Source: Octopus bimaculoides (Eukaryota). From it: a stretch of 64,000 nucleotides of DNA. The number at the start of each line of letters is the position of its first letter. The stretch's first letter is position 1. Under the pieces are notes generated by a model that was not told the DNA's origin, ran no database searches, and saw only the letters and a program-made list of their open reading frames with translations. Below, piece after piece: positions 1 to 12,699 of the stretch. Location of the stretch: assembly GCF_001194135.2 (NCBI RefSeq), contig NC_068983.1:8516919-8580918 (forward strand). The letters are read 5' to 3'. The position numbers and the translations under genes are program-made.

Positions 1-48
<48 letters not shown>
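1..48. repeat. (AT)n microsatellite
   Basis: Pure AT dinucleotide run at the window start. Confidence 0.98.
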
Positions 49-53
<5 letters not shown>

Positions 54-229
54 CAAAAATACATAGATATACGCGCTCTAAACAGAAATCCGTACATTCC
101 TTTGTTTAATGATATATAATTAACTACCCACTGCACATATACAATTCGTGAACGCTTATAAATCGAAGTCAATTCTTTGCATGCCTTTTGTTTACTGCGT
201 GTGTTTCCATCGAGCCGGTTACTTTAGTT

Positions 230-1290
230 ACCGAGATATGACAAAATTTAGTAGTCTTTTATCTGATATTGGACTTAAATGTAACTTAATTCTCCTAAGT
301 TTGGTGTAATCAGAAGAGTCTTCTCTGACCTCTTGTCTCTCGAATAGGGATTTATGAGAAATCCTTGATCCAACATGTTCTGGTAGTTTATTTGGGAAAT
401 AGGTGATTCTATAGATACCGGCTGGCTTATTACTCTTTTCTTTCAATTCTAGATTTTGTATGGTAAAAACTTGTAGCCTAATGCTTAGTGTTTTGAGCTT
501 ATTTCATAAGGTGAGCCTTTAATGTTGTTCAAGATGATATTTTATGCACTTTGGACCATTCTACTGAGCTGAAAATAAGTACCACCCGAGCTCTGATGTA
601 GATCTTTTTCACACTTATACGTCGCATAGATTTCGTTTTTGCATAAGAAATCAATATATTTACGCAAGCAGTATAAATGGAGGAATCTAGCATAAAGTGT
701 TGAAGGGTGGAATGAGAAGGCTAAAATCACTTCCCCACGGAACATATTGCCTGAAATGTTAAATTCTTTTCGTCTACGTGTCTACGTGTCTACGTGTTAA
801 ACAAATTTATTAAAAGTTTGATCTGTTTGGAATGAAAGTGATAAGTTTTAAGAGCAGCGACAGATGACTCCAGACTATAGACTTTTATATTTTGTTCATT
901 CCCACATAGTCATGATAGAATTAAATGTTGATGTTTTCATTATTATGACTAACGGTGCATATTTTTGATAAGCTTAAGGCGGCAATCAATCGTAATGTAG
1001 ATGAATTAATGTTTTTACCTTTGAAGTTCGTTATGAGAGATAATTGGCTTGGATTTGTGTAAATGGTAGCGATTCTGAAATTTGCTACTGTCACCGCAAA
1101 TATGTTCATGACTGACTCATTAATGCTTTTATAGCGTAGTACATAAAGCTGAAAGTAGTTACAGCTAGTTTGTAAGTTGAACAGCTTCTTGCAAGCCCAT
1201 CGTTGGTTCTGTTCAACAGAAGACATACGGGAGTAACTACACCACAACACATACCAGACACTAAATTTCTAGTACTTCTGTTGATGACAT
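230..1290 (-). mobile_element. Decayed L2/Crack(CR1-group)-like LINE, RT to 3' end
   Basis: Interrupted minus-strand translations read SGMCCGVVTPVCLLL..NDGL (cf. GVPQGSVLGPLLF..INDL), MVQSA*NIIL..KGSPYE (cf. VQKxAxRIIL..SY) and LSPISDKRLLN (cf. SPIPYLxRLLN at L2-type C-termini). The motif order is correct; stops and frameshifts are numerous. Confidence 0.55.
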
Positions 1291-1919
1291 TCACGAATTA
1301 TACTAAACGGCACAATCGGAGATAAATTTCTTGGCGATAAACACAATAAAGTTTTTGTAATCTGATATAGACTCGCTGCACTCACGACAGCTGTGCAGTA
1401 CACAAGAAATTCCAACTTCCAAAACGGTTAAATAAATTTGTTACTGCATACAGAAAAGAAGGCGACAAAAGCGAAGGAAAAATATTTACAAATGTGATAT
1501 GATTGCTAATATCGACTGGTATAAACATTTGGATAACTAACAGGAAATGAATAAAGATATGAATTGTCAGACGAAGAGAGAAATGAGAAAACAGATAATA
1601 TGCTATGACAGAAGTGTATGAATGTACTTAAAATATTACGGATTATTTCCTTAGTTACTATATGGAAAAAAAAGTATATAACCCGGATGTTTGTGGCTCT
1701 CAGTTATTTTTACCACAATTTGTTGTAGTTGTCGAAAAACAAACATTAAAACAAGTTGGAAAAAGCGTCATATATCATCTGTAAGAAAACAGTGAAATTA
1801 GTGCAAATGTTACAGTGCTGAATGCAGAGTTTAGAGATGTGGTTTCAAAACTTTTCGAACTTATGGGATATAATATGGAAATGATGTTTAATGTATGCAC
1901 AACACCATGAAATTTATTG

Positions 1920-2010
1920 GGCGATAAGCGATATCGTTGATCGCTACATTATTCTATTGACCCGAAACAATGAAAGGTAAAGTTGACTTCGACGGGATTG
2001 AAATTAAGGA
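1920..2010 (-). mobile_element. Degenerate SINE fragment (family A)
   Basis: gaaaggtaaagttgacttcgacgggattgaa resembles the gcaaagtcgacctcggcggaattggaactc segment of the better copy at 51177-51402. Confidence 0.65.
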
Positions 2011-2025
2011 AAAGATGTATACATA

Positions 2026-2058
<33 letters not shown>

Positions 2059-2869
2059 NNNNNNNNNNNNNNNNNNNNNNNNNNNNNNNNNNNNNNNNNN
2101 NNNNNNNNNNNNNNNNNNNNNNNNNNNNNNNNNNNNNNNNNNNNNNNNNNNNNNNNNNNNNNNNNNNNNNNNNNNNNNNNNNNNNNNNNNNNNNNNNNNN
2201 NNNNNNNNNNNNNNNNNNNNNNNNNNNNNNNNNNNNNNNNNNNNNNNNNNNNNNNNNNNNNNNNNNNNNNNNNNNNNNNNNNNNNNNNNNNNNNNNNNNN
2301 NNNNNNNNNNNNNNNNNNNNNNNNNNNNNNNNNNNNNNNNNNNNNNNNNNNNNNNNNNNNNNNNNNNNNNNNNNNNNNNNNNNNNNNNNNNNNNNNNNNN
2401 NNNNNNNNNNNNNNNNNNNNNNNNNNNNNNNNNNNNNNNNNNNNNNNNNNNNNNNNNNNNNNNNNNNNNNNNNNNNNNNNNNNNNNNNNNNNNNNNNNNN
2501 NNNNNNNNNNNNNNNNNNNNNNNNNNNNNNNNNNNNNNNNNNNNNNNNNNNNNNNNNNNNNNNNNNNNNNNNNNNNNNNNNNNNNNNNNNNNNNNNNNNN
2601 NNNNNNNNNNNNNNNNNNNNNNNNNNNNNNNNNNNNNNNNNNNNNNNNNNNNNNNNTATATATATATATATATTGATAGATAGATAGATAGATACATAGC
2701 AAAAGTGACAAAAAACTTCCTTTTTTTGTCACTTTTGCTATGAATTAAATTAATGAATTCAACGGGATACACCGTCTGCAAGTAGTTGGGTTCAGCATAT
2801 TATCCTCCATTTTCTAATTGTTATATATATAAACACACACGCTCACACACACGAATATATATATAATGG

Positions 2870-3020
2870 TATGACGAGTTTCTGATCAGTTTATATCAAC
2901 TGAACTTTCACGTGGACTAAGTCAACGTTAGACTGTGGTAGAAAACACTTTCATAAGTGCCACGCAAAGGAATCAAACTTAGAAAAACATGGTTGCGAAG
3001 CAAATTTGTTAATCATCCAA
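2870..3020 (-). mobile_element. Degenerate tRNA-derived SINE fragment (family B)
   Basis: Resembles the reverse complement of the head of the 26132-26570 copy (gtagaaaacact...gtgccacgc...catggttgcgaagcaa). Confidence 0.6.
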
Positions 3021-3969
3021 ATATGCTTTCAGATCTAAATCAACTCTTTTTGTCACTCTCTATCTTTGTATTTATCAATCTCATTCTTTTACAGGAAGGA
3101 TCACAGCCCGAAACGTTTGGTTCTTCCCTGCTCACTGTAGCTGAACTCGGTGAACTCATCCACAAACTCTTTTATATTAAAAGTCTCACCTATACAGTGT
3201 GTTTCAATCGTTCTAAGCTTTAACTTTTAATCTTGCAAGTCAAACTTTTGTAAGTAGATAAAGCTAACATGCCCAGTAGGTGTTTTATTGTCACCAGAAC
3301 ACTACTGAAGTGGTTACTAAAGAATAAATTTGGTCTTAGTCGATTTCGATATAAGACAATGAAATGGCGTATATAATACTATGTGAAGATTTTCTGCTGT
3401 GTGCATGTGTGTCTGTCTCTGTATCCGTCTTTCTTTCTTTCATTCTTTCTTTCTTTAGGACACCTCATTTTGACACACTACCAACTGATTCAATAGAATA
3501 CAATAATAATCATGAAAAAGGAATTTTCTAATCTATGCATAAATCAACTTTGGGTTGGGAAATACAGCAGTAAGACTGAAGCAAATAATTGATGTAGGAA
3601 CATAATTTGGCTGGATATATTCTTCTAGGAATAGTGATTAGAATCTATTATATATTTTGATTAGACACGAAGCAATTATTTCTAGGGTCTGATTGATACA
3701 AATACATTATTATTTTAAATTTTGCCAATATCATAGAAATGAAAACTATAATTGAACACAACCTGACTGGAACCCAGAATTTAATAGAGTATTGGACTTC
3801 AGAAGTTAATAGAGTACAATTATAAGCTAAAGGATTGGAGACCAGTAATTTACAGTTCCTAAAGGCGACAGAATATGAATGGCTGGCATTTAACTACGTA
3901 TATATTATCTTAAATGGAATATAAGAAGCGCATTTTATTAAAGCGCACATTACATGTTTGTTGTCATTG

Positions 3970-4180
3970 TTTAGCTCAAATTTAGTCTTGAAAGAACAGA
4001 TCTATGACAAAAGGCTTTTCAGTCGTAACCATCTTGTGTATTCTTTTCCTACATAGATTCATCTACACTCATTTAACTTACTGTGTTATACATCCACTTT
4101 TAAGAGGACATGTAATAACGTGAGACAGATTTAACTGCTACATGCACTAGGACGAGTGAGGATGTAGATGCTTTTTTGTT
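3970..4180 (-). repeat. Dispersed repeat fragment (SINE-like family D)
   Basis: Loosely similar in reverse orientation to 49660-49810 (aaccatcttg vs gggatggtcatagc; atttaactgctac vs tagaaatggcagccaaa). Confidence 0.35.
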
Positions 4181-4939
4181 GATATATGATGTGCTTATCA
4201 TACAATGTCAGAACTGTACACCCTTAAACTTGTGTCCTGGGTGATGATAAAATGAATTTAATTAAAAACATAGATCTGAAATTTAAAACTGCCCACGCTG
4301 AATCCAGATGGAACAAATATTTAAGAGAAGCTCTTACAGATGTAATCTCCCTTTTGTATTGCTTTTCCCAGAAATAGTGAATGTTGTAATACGTAATAAA
4401 ACACGTTTCTTTGCTATCGTTTATCACAAAGAGTACTATTGATTTAAGGTAATTTGGGCTGATATGATCTTCAGTGTGTTCCGGTTAATGGGTAAAACAG
4501 CGAGACTAAAAATCCAAATAATGATTCTATGACATACCATTTGATTGGCGACCGTCGTTTCGTTGTTTATATATAGCCTCAATCTCCACCATGATTCTTT
4601 CTTCTCTCTTTGTGAGATAGCACGCGTCCATGCCTTTCTAGGATAATTAGTTACAGAGTGAAGTGAAACAGTTTCTACAGAAACCGCTGGTATAATGAAA
4701 CAAAGTAACTAGCAGTGGGTTTATAAATCGGCAACTGAAGAAACTTAAATAAATAGAACAAGATTTGTTTTCTGGTGTTCTATATTTGGACGACCCTTGC
4801 TCCAACTAAGAGGACAAAAACCGCTCTACCATACCATTCTACCGTATCGGTTCATTGGCTCCATGTAGTTTCTAACATGTTACAATTTGGATAGGGTTTG
4901 TATTTAACCTAACAATATCCAAACTGCCTTTTACGAATC

Positions 4940-5150
4940 TTACTGTAATGGTGTTAAGTCCATCTGTCTGTCCATCTGTCCATCTGTCCGTGTCTTTGTT
5001 TGTCCCTTCTTCACGGCTAGACCAATGTTTAGGATATTTTTCGGGATGACAAAGACGATTGTCGGGAAGATTTTTAGTATTGAAATATAAGAATGTATGA
5101 TTTTTTTAAAGTGGATATCGATTTTTGAATTGATAAACCACCTTCGCATT
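4940..5150. mobile_element. Possible Helentron/DINE-1-like non-autonomous element fragment
   Basis: Contains a (GTCC/GTCT)-type tract, gtccatctgtctgtccatctgtccatctgtccg. Such tracts are typical of HINE/DINE-1 elements; termini not identified. Confidence 0.3.
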
Positions 5151-6959
5151 TTTATTAAAAATTCACCGACCACGAGGAATAACTGGATTTTTTCATTGTA
5201 CAGTTCATGGCCTCATAGTAAAGATACGAAGAGTGCCGTGAGGGCGGTTGATAGCGAAAATAAAAGGGGAACGTGTGTGTCAGTATATAATGTGTGTGAT
5301 TACTTAGTGGTTATTGAAGTATGTTAGTCTCGAGCAGGATTCAAAATGGCTGATCGAAGCTGCTGTTGTTTACACCTCAGTTTTCTGAATCAAAATAACC
5401 CATGGTATCAGAATATCCAGACATTATTCGGATAGAAAGGAGAGGTAAATCTTAGTTTGATTTTTTTTTCAACGCTAAATATACCACTTGTGCATTCACA
5501 GCAAACAAGGCACAGGGCCAGACTTAAGATCATGTAGGTGTATTTTTACCCACTCTGATGTTTCCACACGACCAGTTATACGTCGCTATAAGTAGAGCAA
5601 CGGAATCCAGAAAACATCGTCTACAAAGAAGTTTGTAAGCATATTGATATTCTCGAAAGGAATATGATTCATAATCTAAATGAGGAAATTGTTGACCTTT
5701 GAACGTATAAGAGTATAAATTAGCGTAAAATAGTGTAAACAACTGAAATAAAGTATATCTAAATAACATTTTTTCTTAACACATTTGTATGTATTGGTCG
5801 AAGGAAGTTCTGGCTTTCGTTAGGAGTGGGACACATAACTATTCATGATACAGAGGCTGGGAGCCTATTTCATTTCGGAAGTCAATCGACATCATATGTC
5901 ACTTAGTCGCAAACAAAACATGTTATATAGTTGCAATAGAATGGTGTATCACCAACAATAATGTGATTTCTGTAAGGCATCATGCAGTAATCTATCAATT
6001 CCATTTCCACATTTCTCAATGCATACTGCTGTTATGACTTCCTTCCCTCATTTTAATGCCCCCCATCGTACACGGGGAGATTTGCTGGTATATATAAGAC
6101 TACGCTAAGTAATGTTACATTTCTTTATATAAGACAGAACTGTTAGATTACAGTGATATTTGCTTGGTATATCTTTCAAGCCCACTGACCAACTAAATGC
6201 TCCTCCCCCCACACACACAATAGCAAATTCACTGAGTATACTCCAATAAAGAAATTCCACAAAGGGGTTCAAAGTAAACCTGACCCTAGTAGAATGAAGT
6301 CTAGGATCTAGACAATGATCTTGGTTATAGTGAGGCCACTACTCTTTCCACCGTTGCGTTGCCAAATACCAAGGAAATCTGCCAAATACTGAAGACTAAA
6401 ATAGAAATTCTTTGAGATAAAGTAATGCATTATTTAAAACACAAACGGCTTAGATTATCAAGACTGTAGAAGGCAAGAAAAACTTTATCCTAATTAATTG
6501 AAATAAACCAGCAGAAAAATTAAGTGAGTGAGCTAAAGGAAAATGATTTCTAAAATATGGCCTGAAACCAACTGAATATAAATTGATTTAATCATACAAG
6601 ACATAAAAAGGAACGGGAAAAGTCTATAGAAAATAGAAAATTAGTTTAGAGTTTTAATAGAATTCTTTGTCAACTATAGTATAGATATTATATATAATCA
6701 GGGAACAAATATAGAAAAATGGCTTCTTTAAAAGAAGTAATGAAAGGAACGTTTGAAAAGAATCGTCGAAAGCTAGCTACTTTATTTTTCCAAGTGAAAC
6801 GAAAGATGATTAAAATAAATCTTGGTTTGTGACAGTAAAATTGGAAATTTCTTGCAGAAGATGGTAAATATTCATTACGTCTTAACATAACATAATATAT
6901 CTCTTATAAGTTTCGAGTCTACGGAAGATTCTGTAAAATGTTGTTTCATTTGGAGAAGT

Positions 6960-7075
6960 GCATGGCATGGTTAGGGGGTTGGACTTATGATCGTAATATT
7001 GTGGTGCCTGGACCGGGTGATGCGCTTTGTTCATGAGCAAAACACATTCTTTCACTGCTGTTGTAATTCTCTCAG
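6960..7075 (+). mobile_element. tRNA-derived SINE head (family C)
   Basis: catggcatggttagggggttggacttatgatcgtaatattgtgg...ttgttcatgagcaaaacac has an A-box-like start and matches the family at 21065-21180 and 37225-37508. Confidence 0.55.
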
Positions 7076-7849
7076 CGGTCGATAGGCTAGTTACTGCAAT
7101 ATTTGTGCTCAGATAGCATGTCGTGTGATCTTGCTCTCTTTAAAACTTCATCCAAACAATTGGACACGTTCGATAATATAACTGTAGATAATATATTTGA
7201 AGGAAAGAGCGGTCGGTCACAGCTGGAACGTATCTGATCATGCTGCTCGCAATCAGAAAGCACCTGTGGATGTGGGAAAGCTATCAAAAGAAAACAAAAA
7301 TGCCATTTTGTCAATAGCTGTTGTTCTTATTGATTCTCAACATATCATGTCTGATTTAATTATATTTTGCAAACAATAACGCTCGTCATACTACAAGCTC
7401 TAACGCTATTCTCTCAAAGTCTGGAGGTTACATTGTATGCCTGATATATAGAAATTTCAAGATGATCATGTTTGTTATCATACATCTGTTGGATCACAGG
7501 TGTTCTAAATCTAAGGATACGAGCTGGTACACATGAGTAGAGTTAAATTGAAATGTATATCGTGATAGAATTTGAACACAGCGAAGATAATTATTGGTGT
7601 AATAATATTCTGTAATTTTTCAGTTCTTGAATATACATACATAATTACGTTCATAAGTCTGTATGTGTATTCAAAGCGCTTAGCTTTATAGTGTCTCTTC
7701 AGACTTTAATGGCCTAGAAGCTCTCTTCAAATTGGAAAAAGAACAATCGGACAAAGAAGGTTTAAGCGGAAGGGATTGCTTCCCTTTCACCGCTATTTGT
7801 AATCGACCCGACTCATGTGCGCATCCGAGGATTCCGCAAAAATCACTTG

Positions 7850-8460
7850 AAGTGTGAGCAAGGGTCCGAAGACGCCTGTCCTGGAATTTAAAACGTTTCT
7901 TGGGTCAAGTGAGTTCTTTAATATCCTCACTCAGCCGTTCAGCTATGCACAACTTGCAACGCATGCTATCCCTGATGTAGGGGCCCAGTTTCTCTATTTT
8001 CCATGAGATTACATGTGGAGACCCTTCATCGTTCAGGCACCACACATGAATGGCATCCTGCCTCCGCTCGTGGCCTAGGGATGTTAACTAAAATGCACAC
8101 AATACTGGGGGAGGTTCTAAAAGAGACACGTAGGTTGTGTCGGTTGAATATGCGTCCGTACCTATGTGATTATATAAAGTGCTTATCTACTAGCCTAAGG
8201 AATATATTAACTACACAGTGTTATACCTTGAAGGAGAAGAGGAGTCAAACCAAATGATATTTCGGTGGCACTTCCTTCTACGGGTGTTAGGGATTGGCAT
8301 TTAGGATATGTAATCCCTAAATCCGGTAGCGGCTACAGCCTCACTATGGTAGAGGGCCGCTGCGTCTATGTTCAAGAACGAGCCACGAGATGTTTTCAGC
8401 CTCCACGTTGAAGAGACATTATATACCACCGGCCATTAGGTTCTGAAGAAACACTGTAAA
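7850..8460 (-). mobile_element. Penelope-like retroelement fragment (internally deleted)
   Basis: Minus strand gives RRKCHRNIIWFD.../IFLRLVDKHFI*SHRYGRIFNRHNLRVSF, then PHVISWKIEKLGPYIRDSMRCKLCIAER. These match the Penelope RT-EN linker (RNIIWFNPP..FLxLIDKHF..IFNRNxVKVSY) and the C-terminal WxI..PY..CxLCLxEK motif. Confidence 0.8.
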
Positions 8461-8654
8461 GTTAAGTGCTTCATAGATGTGACCCATTAGATCGGCCATA
8501 ACTCTTCTCATCTAATTACACTTCTCATCTATAATCTAGAGTACGCTTCTCTTTCGAATTCATGAGACCGATGATATATATACATGCATACATACATACA
8601 TACATACATGCATACATACATACATACACATACATACATACACACGCACACGTA

Positions 8655-8685
<31 letters not shown>

Positions 8686-9639
8686 NNNNNNNNNNNNNNN
8701 NNNNNNNNNNNNNNNNNNNNNNNNNNNNNNNNNNNNNNNNNNNNNNNNNNNNNNNNNNNNNNNNNNNNNNNNNNNNNNNNNNNNNNNNNNNNNNNNNNNN
8801 NAATACGTGTGTGTGTGTGTGTGTCTGTGTGTCTGTGTGTGTGTGTGTGTGCGCAGTGCTTATGCATGTGTGTGAATTGATATAGATTTCTATTGTCTTA
8901 GTATATAGTTACAAGTAAAGAAACTGGAAACAAAGACATTTTAAAGACAAACGTATATTCTGCACTAAACATTTTAGTTATAGTTTTATCAAGAAAACAT
9001 CATCGTTCATTTCTGTCAGAGTGTATCTAAAAATCAATCAAGATTAATAACACATCATTTCATATTGAGGAATATGGTTTAACATATATTTGTATATTTA
9101 TATATTTTTCTTTCTGGTGACACGTATGCATTGACACATATTCTTGAAATCTCAATCAATTATATTTGCGGCTTTGTATATATGGCGACACAATACACAA
9201 CCACACAGTGACACACATGAAAACACACACACACTAACATGCTTACCATGCACGTGAGCATGCATTAGGACGAATACACATATGCATTTTAGGAAGCATA
9301 AAAAGACAAACATACACAAGCAAAGAAGCACAGCGTGTTTAAAATATCTATTGTGTAATTCCTTCGATCATATTGATCTCTTATTTCCGTCGGTGATTGG
9401 AATGCGGTTAAGCTTGGACAGTGTTTCGACGAACAAATTGACTAGCACTTTAACTGTTTAAGCATGCTACGTATTCTACCGAAATTATTGTCTGAATTGC
9501 TAGCTTGCGGGGAGATAAACAACCCAACACTGGTTGCCATGCGGTGAGGCGCGAAACAAGAGACACACGCGTAAATGCACAACATATATATCTATGAGTA
9601 TGTGTGTGTGATTGTGTGCGTGCGTGTGTTATTTCTTTA

Positions 9640-9862
9640 CTACCCACAAGGGGGTACACATAGAGAAGGGACAAACAAGGACAGACAAACGGATTAAGTC
9701 GATTATATCGACCCCTGTGCGTAAATGGTACTTATTTAATCGACTCCGAATGTAGAAAAGGCAAAGTAGACCTCGTCAGAATTTGAACTCAGAGCGTGAC
9801 GGCAGACTAAATACCGCTAAGCATTTCGCCTGGCGTGCTAACGTTTCTGCCAGCTCGCCGCA
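9640..9862 (-). mobile_element. tRNA-derived SINE (family A), near full length
   Basis: Near-identical in layout to 51177-51402 (gacaaacggattaagtcgattatatcgac...gcaaagtagacctcg...ctgccagctcgccgc). Confidence 0.9.
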
Positions 9863-9989
9863 TTTGTGTGTGTGTGGAGTGCTTCAACACAGTTTCTGTG
9901 AACAAAAATTCATCTATATGATGCGTCGTATCGCACAGGGAGGTAGCACGTTGATGAAACTTTTAGACAGCTGTTAATTACATGCATGT

Positions 9990-10960
9990 TGTCTTCCAGA
10001 GTAATGTGACATAATATTCATTTTAGGTCACATCTAGGATCCGCAGCGGTTTCAGTGTCGATTTTGTGTGTTAGGTATTTCGTAATAATCTGTCCTTACC
10101 AATCTATTTCGTAGCAATCTGTTCCTGGATTGCAAATGCATAGCCATCGGAGTCTGATTTGACATAGCGTTCACAAGCCCAAAAGCGACTTCGTAGGATA
10201 TTGTCCTCTTCACTGTTCAGCATTGAGTTAATGTTTATTTTTAGTGTTGTTGTTTACCAAGTGATGTCCGTGTCAATATTTTACTGGCTTTCAAGTTTAC
10301 GAAGTAGATTTCACCTACAGACGAGTCAAGCCTCTCAAATGCTGGGATCAGCATTGGTACTGCAAATGCACTTTGCGATGTTGTCCTCTTGTGAGAGGAG
10401 AGTTCCCATTTCCGTATTTTTCAAAGTCTTGCATAATATTTTCGGGTCACTTGTGCTTTATTCTAAGCACCTTCGTATCTTATGCTTTTATCAACACTTA
10501 GGAACTTGCATTACTCTTTGTGTGGGACACGAGAGACAGCAAGACCATTGATCTAAACAGCTTGGGTCTGGGGACCGATTTTCACCGTTCAACATTCAAA
10601 TATGTACATTTCTTTCGGTCAAATTCTACCCTTCTGTCAGCTGGAAGCTGCTTTTTTTAGGTATTGTTAACATCTTAGTAAAACTCCTGAGGTCATTCAT
10701 AAAGAAATTATGGATTAACTCAATATCTTTGGCATTTGAGACCCGAGCATATCACCGTATGATTTTTTATTAGGAAAGACAATGTCAAAATGAACAGAAT
10801 TACAGAGAGATTGTCTCTTTGGAGTATTCGTCTTGAAATATTTATAACAGGGAAAGAAATTCTGCCGCCCTAAATTATAAGTTCTAAGTATAATAATCAT
10901 TGCCAAGGTTTCTGTGAGTCTCGCAATGGCAGCATTTTTGGTAGAAGACGATCTTGCCAA
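9990..10960 (-). mobile_element. Decayed R4/Dong-like LINE remnant
   Basis: Interrupted minus-strand translations DRKKCTYLNV (cf. LDRKTRKLLT), RVPHKE (cf. LYLPRKEGGRG) and SDGYAFAIQEQIAT (cf. ETEGFxxAIQDQxIxT) occur in the order expected for R4-clade ORFs. Confidence 0.45.
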
Positions 10961-11981
10961 TCTAGACAATTCCTCATCCATAAGTGGGTAATCCCTATGT
11001 ATGTATTTATGTGTGTATGTGTGTGTGTGTGTGTGTATGCGTGTGTGTATGTATGCACAGAGAATGTCATATGTGACTTAATGTGAATGACAGATTAAGC
11101 CGACCATCCAGTTATGGACTTCCACCCAGTTTCTGATATACCAAGGCTTTTATATATAGAGCTTTCCATAAATTCTGTCGAAATTAACTGAAAAGACACA
11201 GGGATCGAACCACTAGAATCGAACACGAAATCTTTCGCTAATGAAACATGTTTCTCAGACGAATAACCGTGTACTACAAAGTGTTGGCATTTGCTGTTAA
11301 AAGGCGACATTATATAGTCATTCATGTACAGTCTTATCGCAACCGTAATGTATGAAGCAAAATAATATACAAGCAACACCAATTAGTGATTCTTAACTTA
11401 TTCGTTTTTCTTTTTTTCTTCTACCACCAAGTATCTTCATTATCCAACATATTTCTCTTCTCTTCATTCATATCATTTTTTCTACTTTTCTCTGAATCAT
11501 TTCAGGTCAATTCCTTGATTTCTGATTGAAATATATCAATATCATATTGTTCAGAACACAATTCCATTTTTCGGCGTCTTTATTTCAACTTATCTTTACC
11601 TATTGTCAATGCCACTCACAATTTCAGTTTATCAATATCAATTGTTACGTTAGTGAACCATATCATGTCTATAACCCATTATTGCTTTTAGTTACTACCG
11701 GATCCATCTTCTAATAGTCTTTATATTAGTTCTAATGAATCTCTCATAGAATATTTCTCTTAAATATCTATTCTGAGACATCGTCTGTTCTTCTGCGCTA
11801 TTGATTTTCATCTACTTATATATCATGTAGTGCCGCTTGGCTCGAGTCTATTTCCGATTGCAAAGTGTTCGATTAAAGACATCGATTCTTTCATAGAATT
11901 TTTCAGATATATTTTTCAAGTCGAGGTATATCCTACTGTGCAAGGCACACACATACACTCGCGCACGCGCACACGTACACG

Positions 11982-12016
<35 letters not shown>

Positions 12017-12699
12017 GCACTCAAACATATATGTATTATTATCATAGTAATTTAATTCAAACGATGGAGTGATTTCGAAGACACACTATATTGTATGATG
12101 ACGCAGTCACTTGTAATTTTGAAGCCACTGCCAACTTTTTCTTGAATATATATATATCCATGTGTGTGTGAGAGAGAGAGAGTATTGGTTTGCAAACACG
12201 AACGTGTTTGCATTCACATCCACTCCTCTCTTTCTCTCCCCATTTACTCTTTCCTCTCACTCCCGTCTCTCTCAATCGTTATATATTTCTCTCCCATCTC
12301 TCTTTCTTTTTCTGGCTTCTCTCTCTCTTTATCTATCTCAATGCACCATTATAACAAGTCATGAGCCACCGCAGCGAACTGGTAGCTATAACTATTATCC
12401 ATGCAGATAGTACCAACCGGAAAAAAAGGAAGGATAGACTTTGTTTTCACGATTCCCTCGCTATAGAAGCAAAACACAAATCTGAGTCATTCCAGTTTTC
12501 AAAACGTGTAACAGGTCACTTGCTTTGAGATATCGTCAAAACTCACTCAGCTCTCACATAATCAAAATATTTGATACGGAGGTGAGATTAAGAATAACTA
12601 TTTTATTGCATAGTAACACTCTCTTCAATTGCAACTAGCATGGATTCGGTTGTGAGAGAGACTTTGACAGCTTTTCAAATCATATCGATGATATCCATA

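Noticed and set aside
1954-2781. Long ORFs spanning N-gaps (also at 8.5-8.9, 17.5-17.8, 21.9-22.3, 30.1-30.3, 31.3-31.7, 36.3-37.0, 50.3-51.0, 53.5-54.1 and 62.2-62.8 kb)
   Set aside because: Artefacts of untranslatable N runs plus flanking microsatellites (YIYI, VCVC, HTHT, SLSL).
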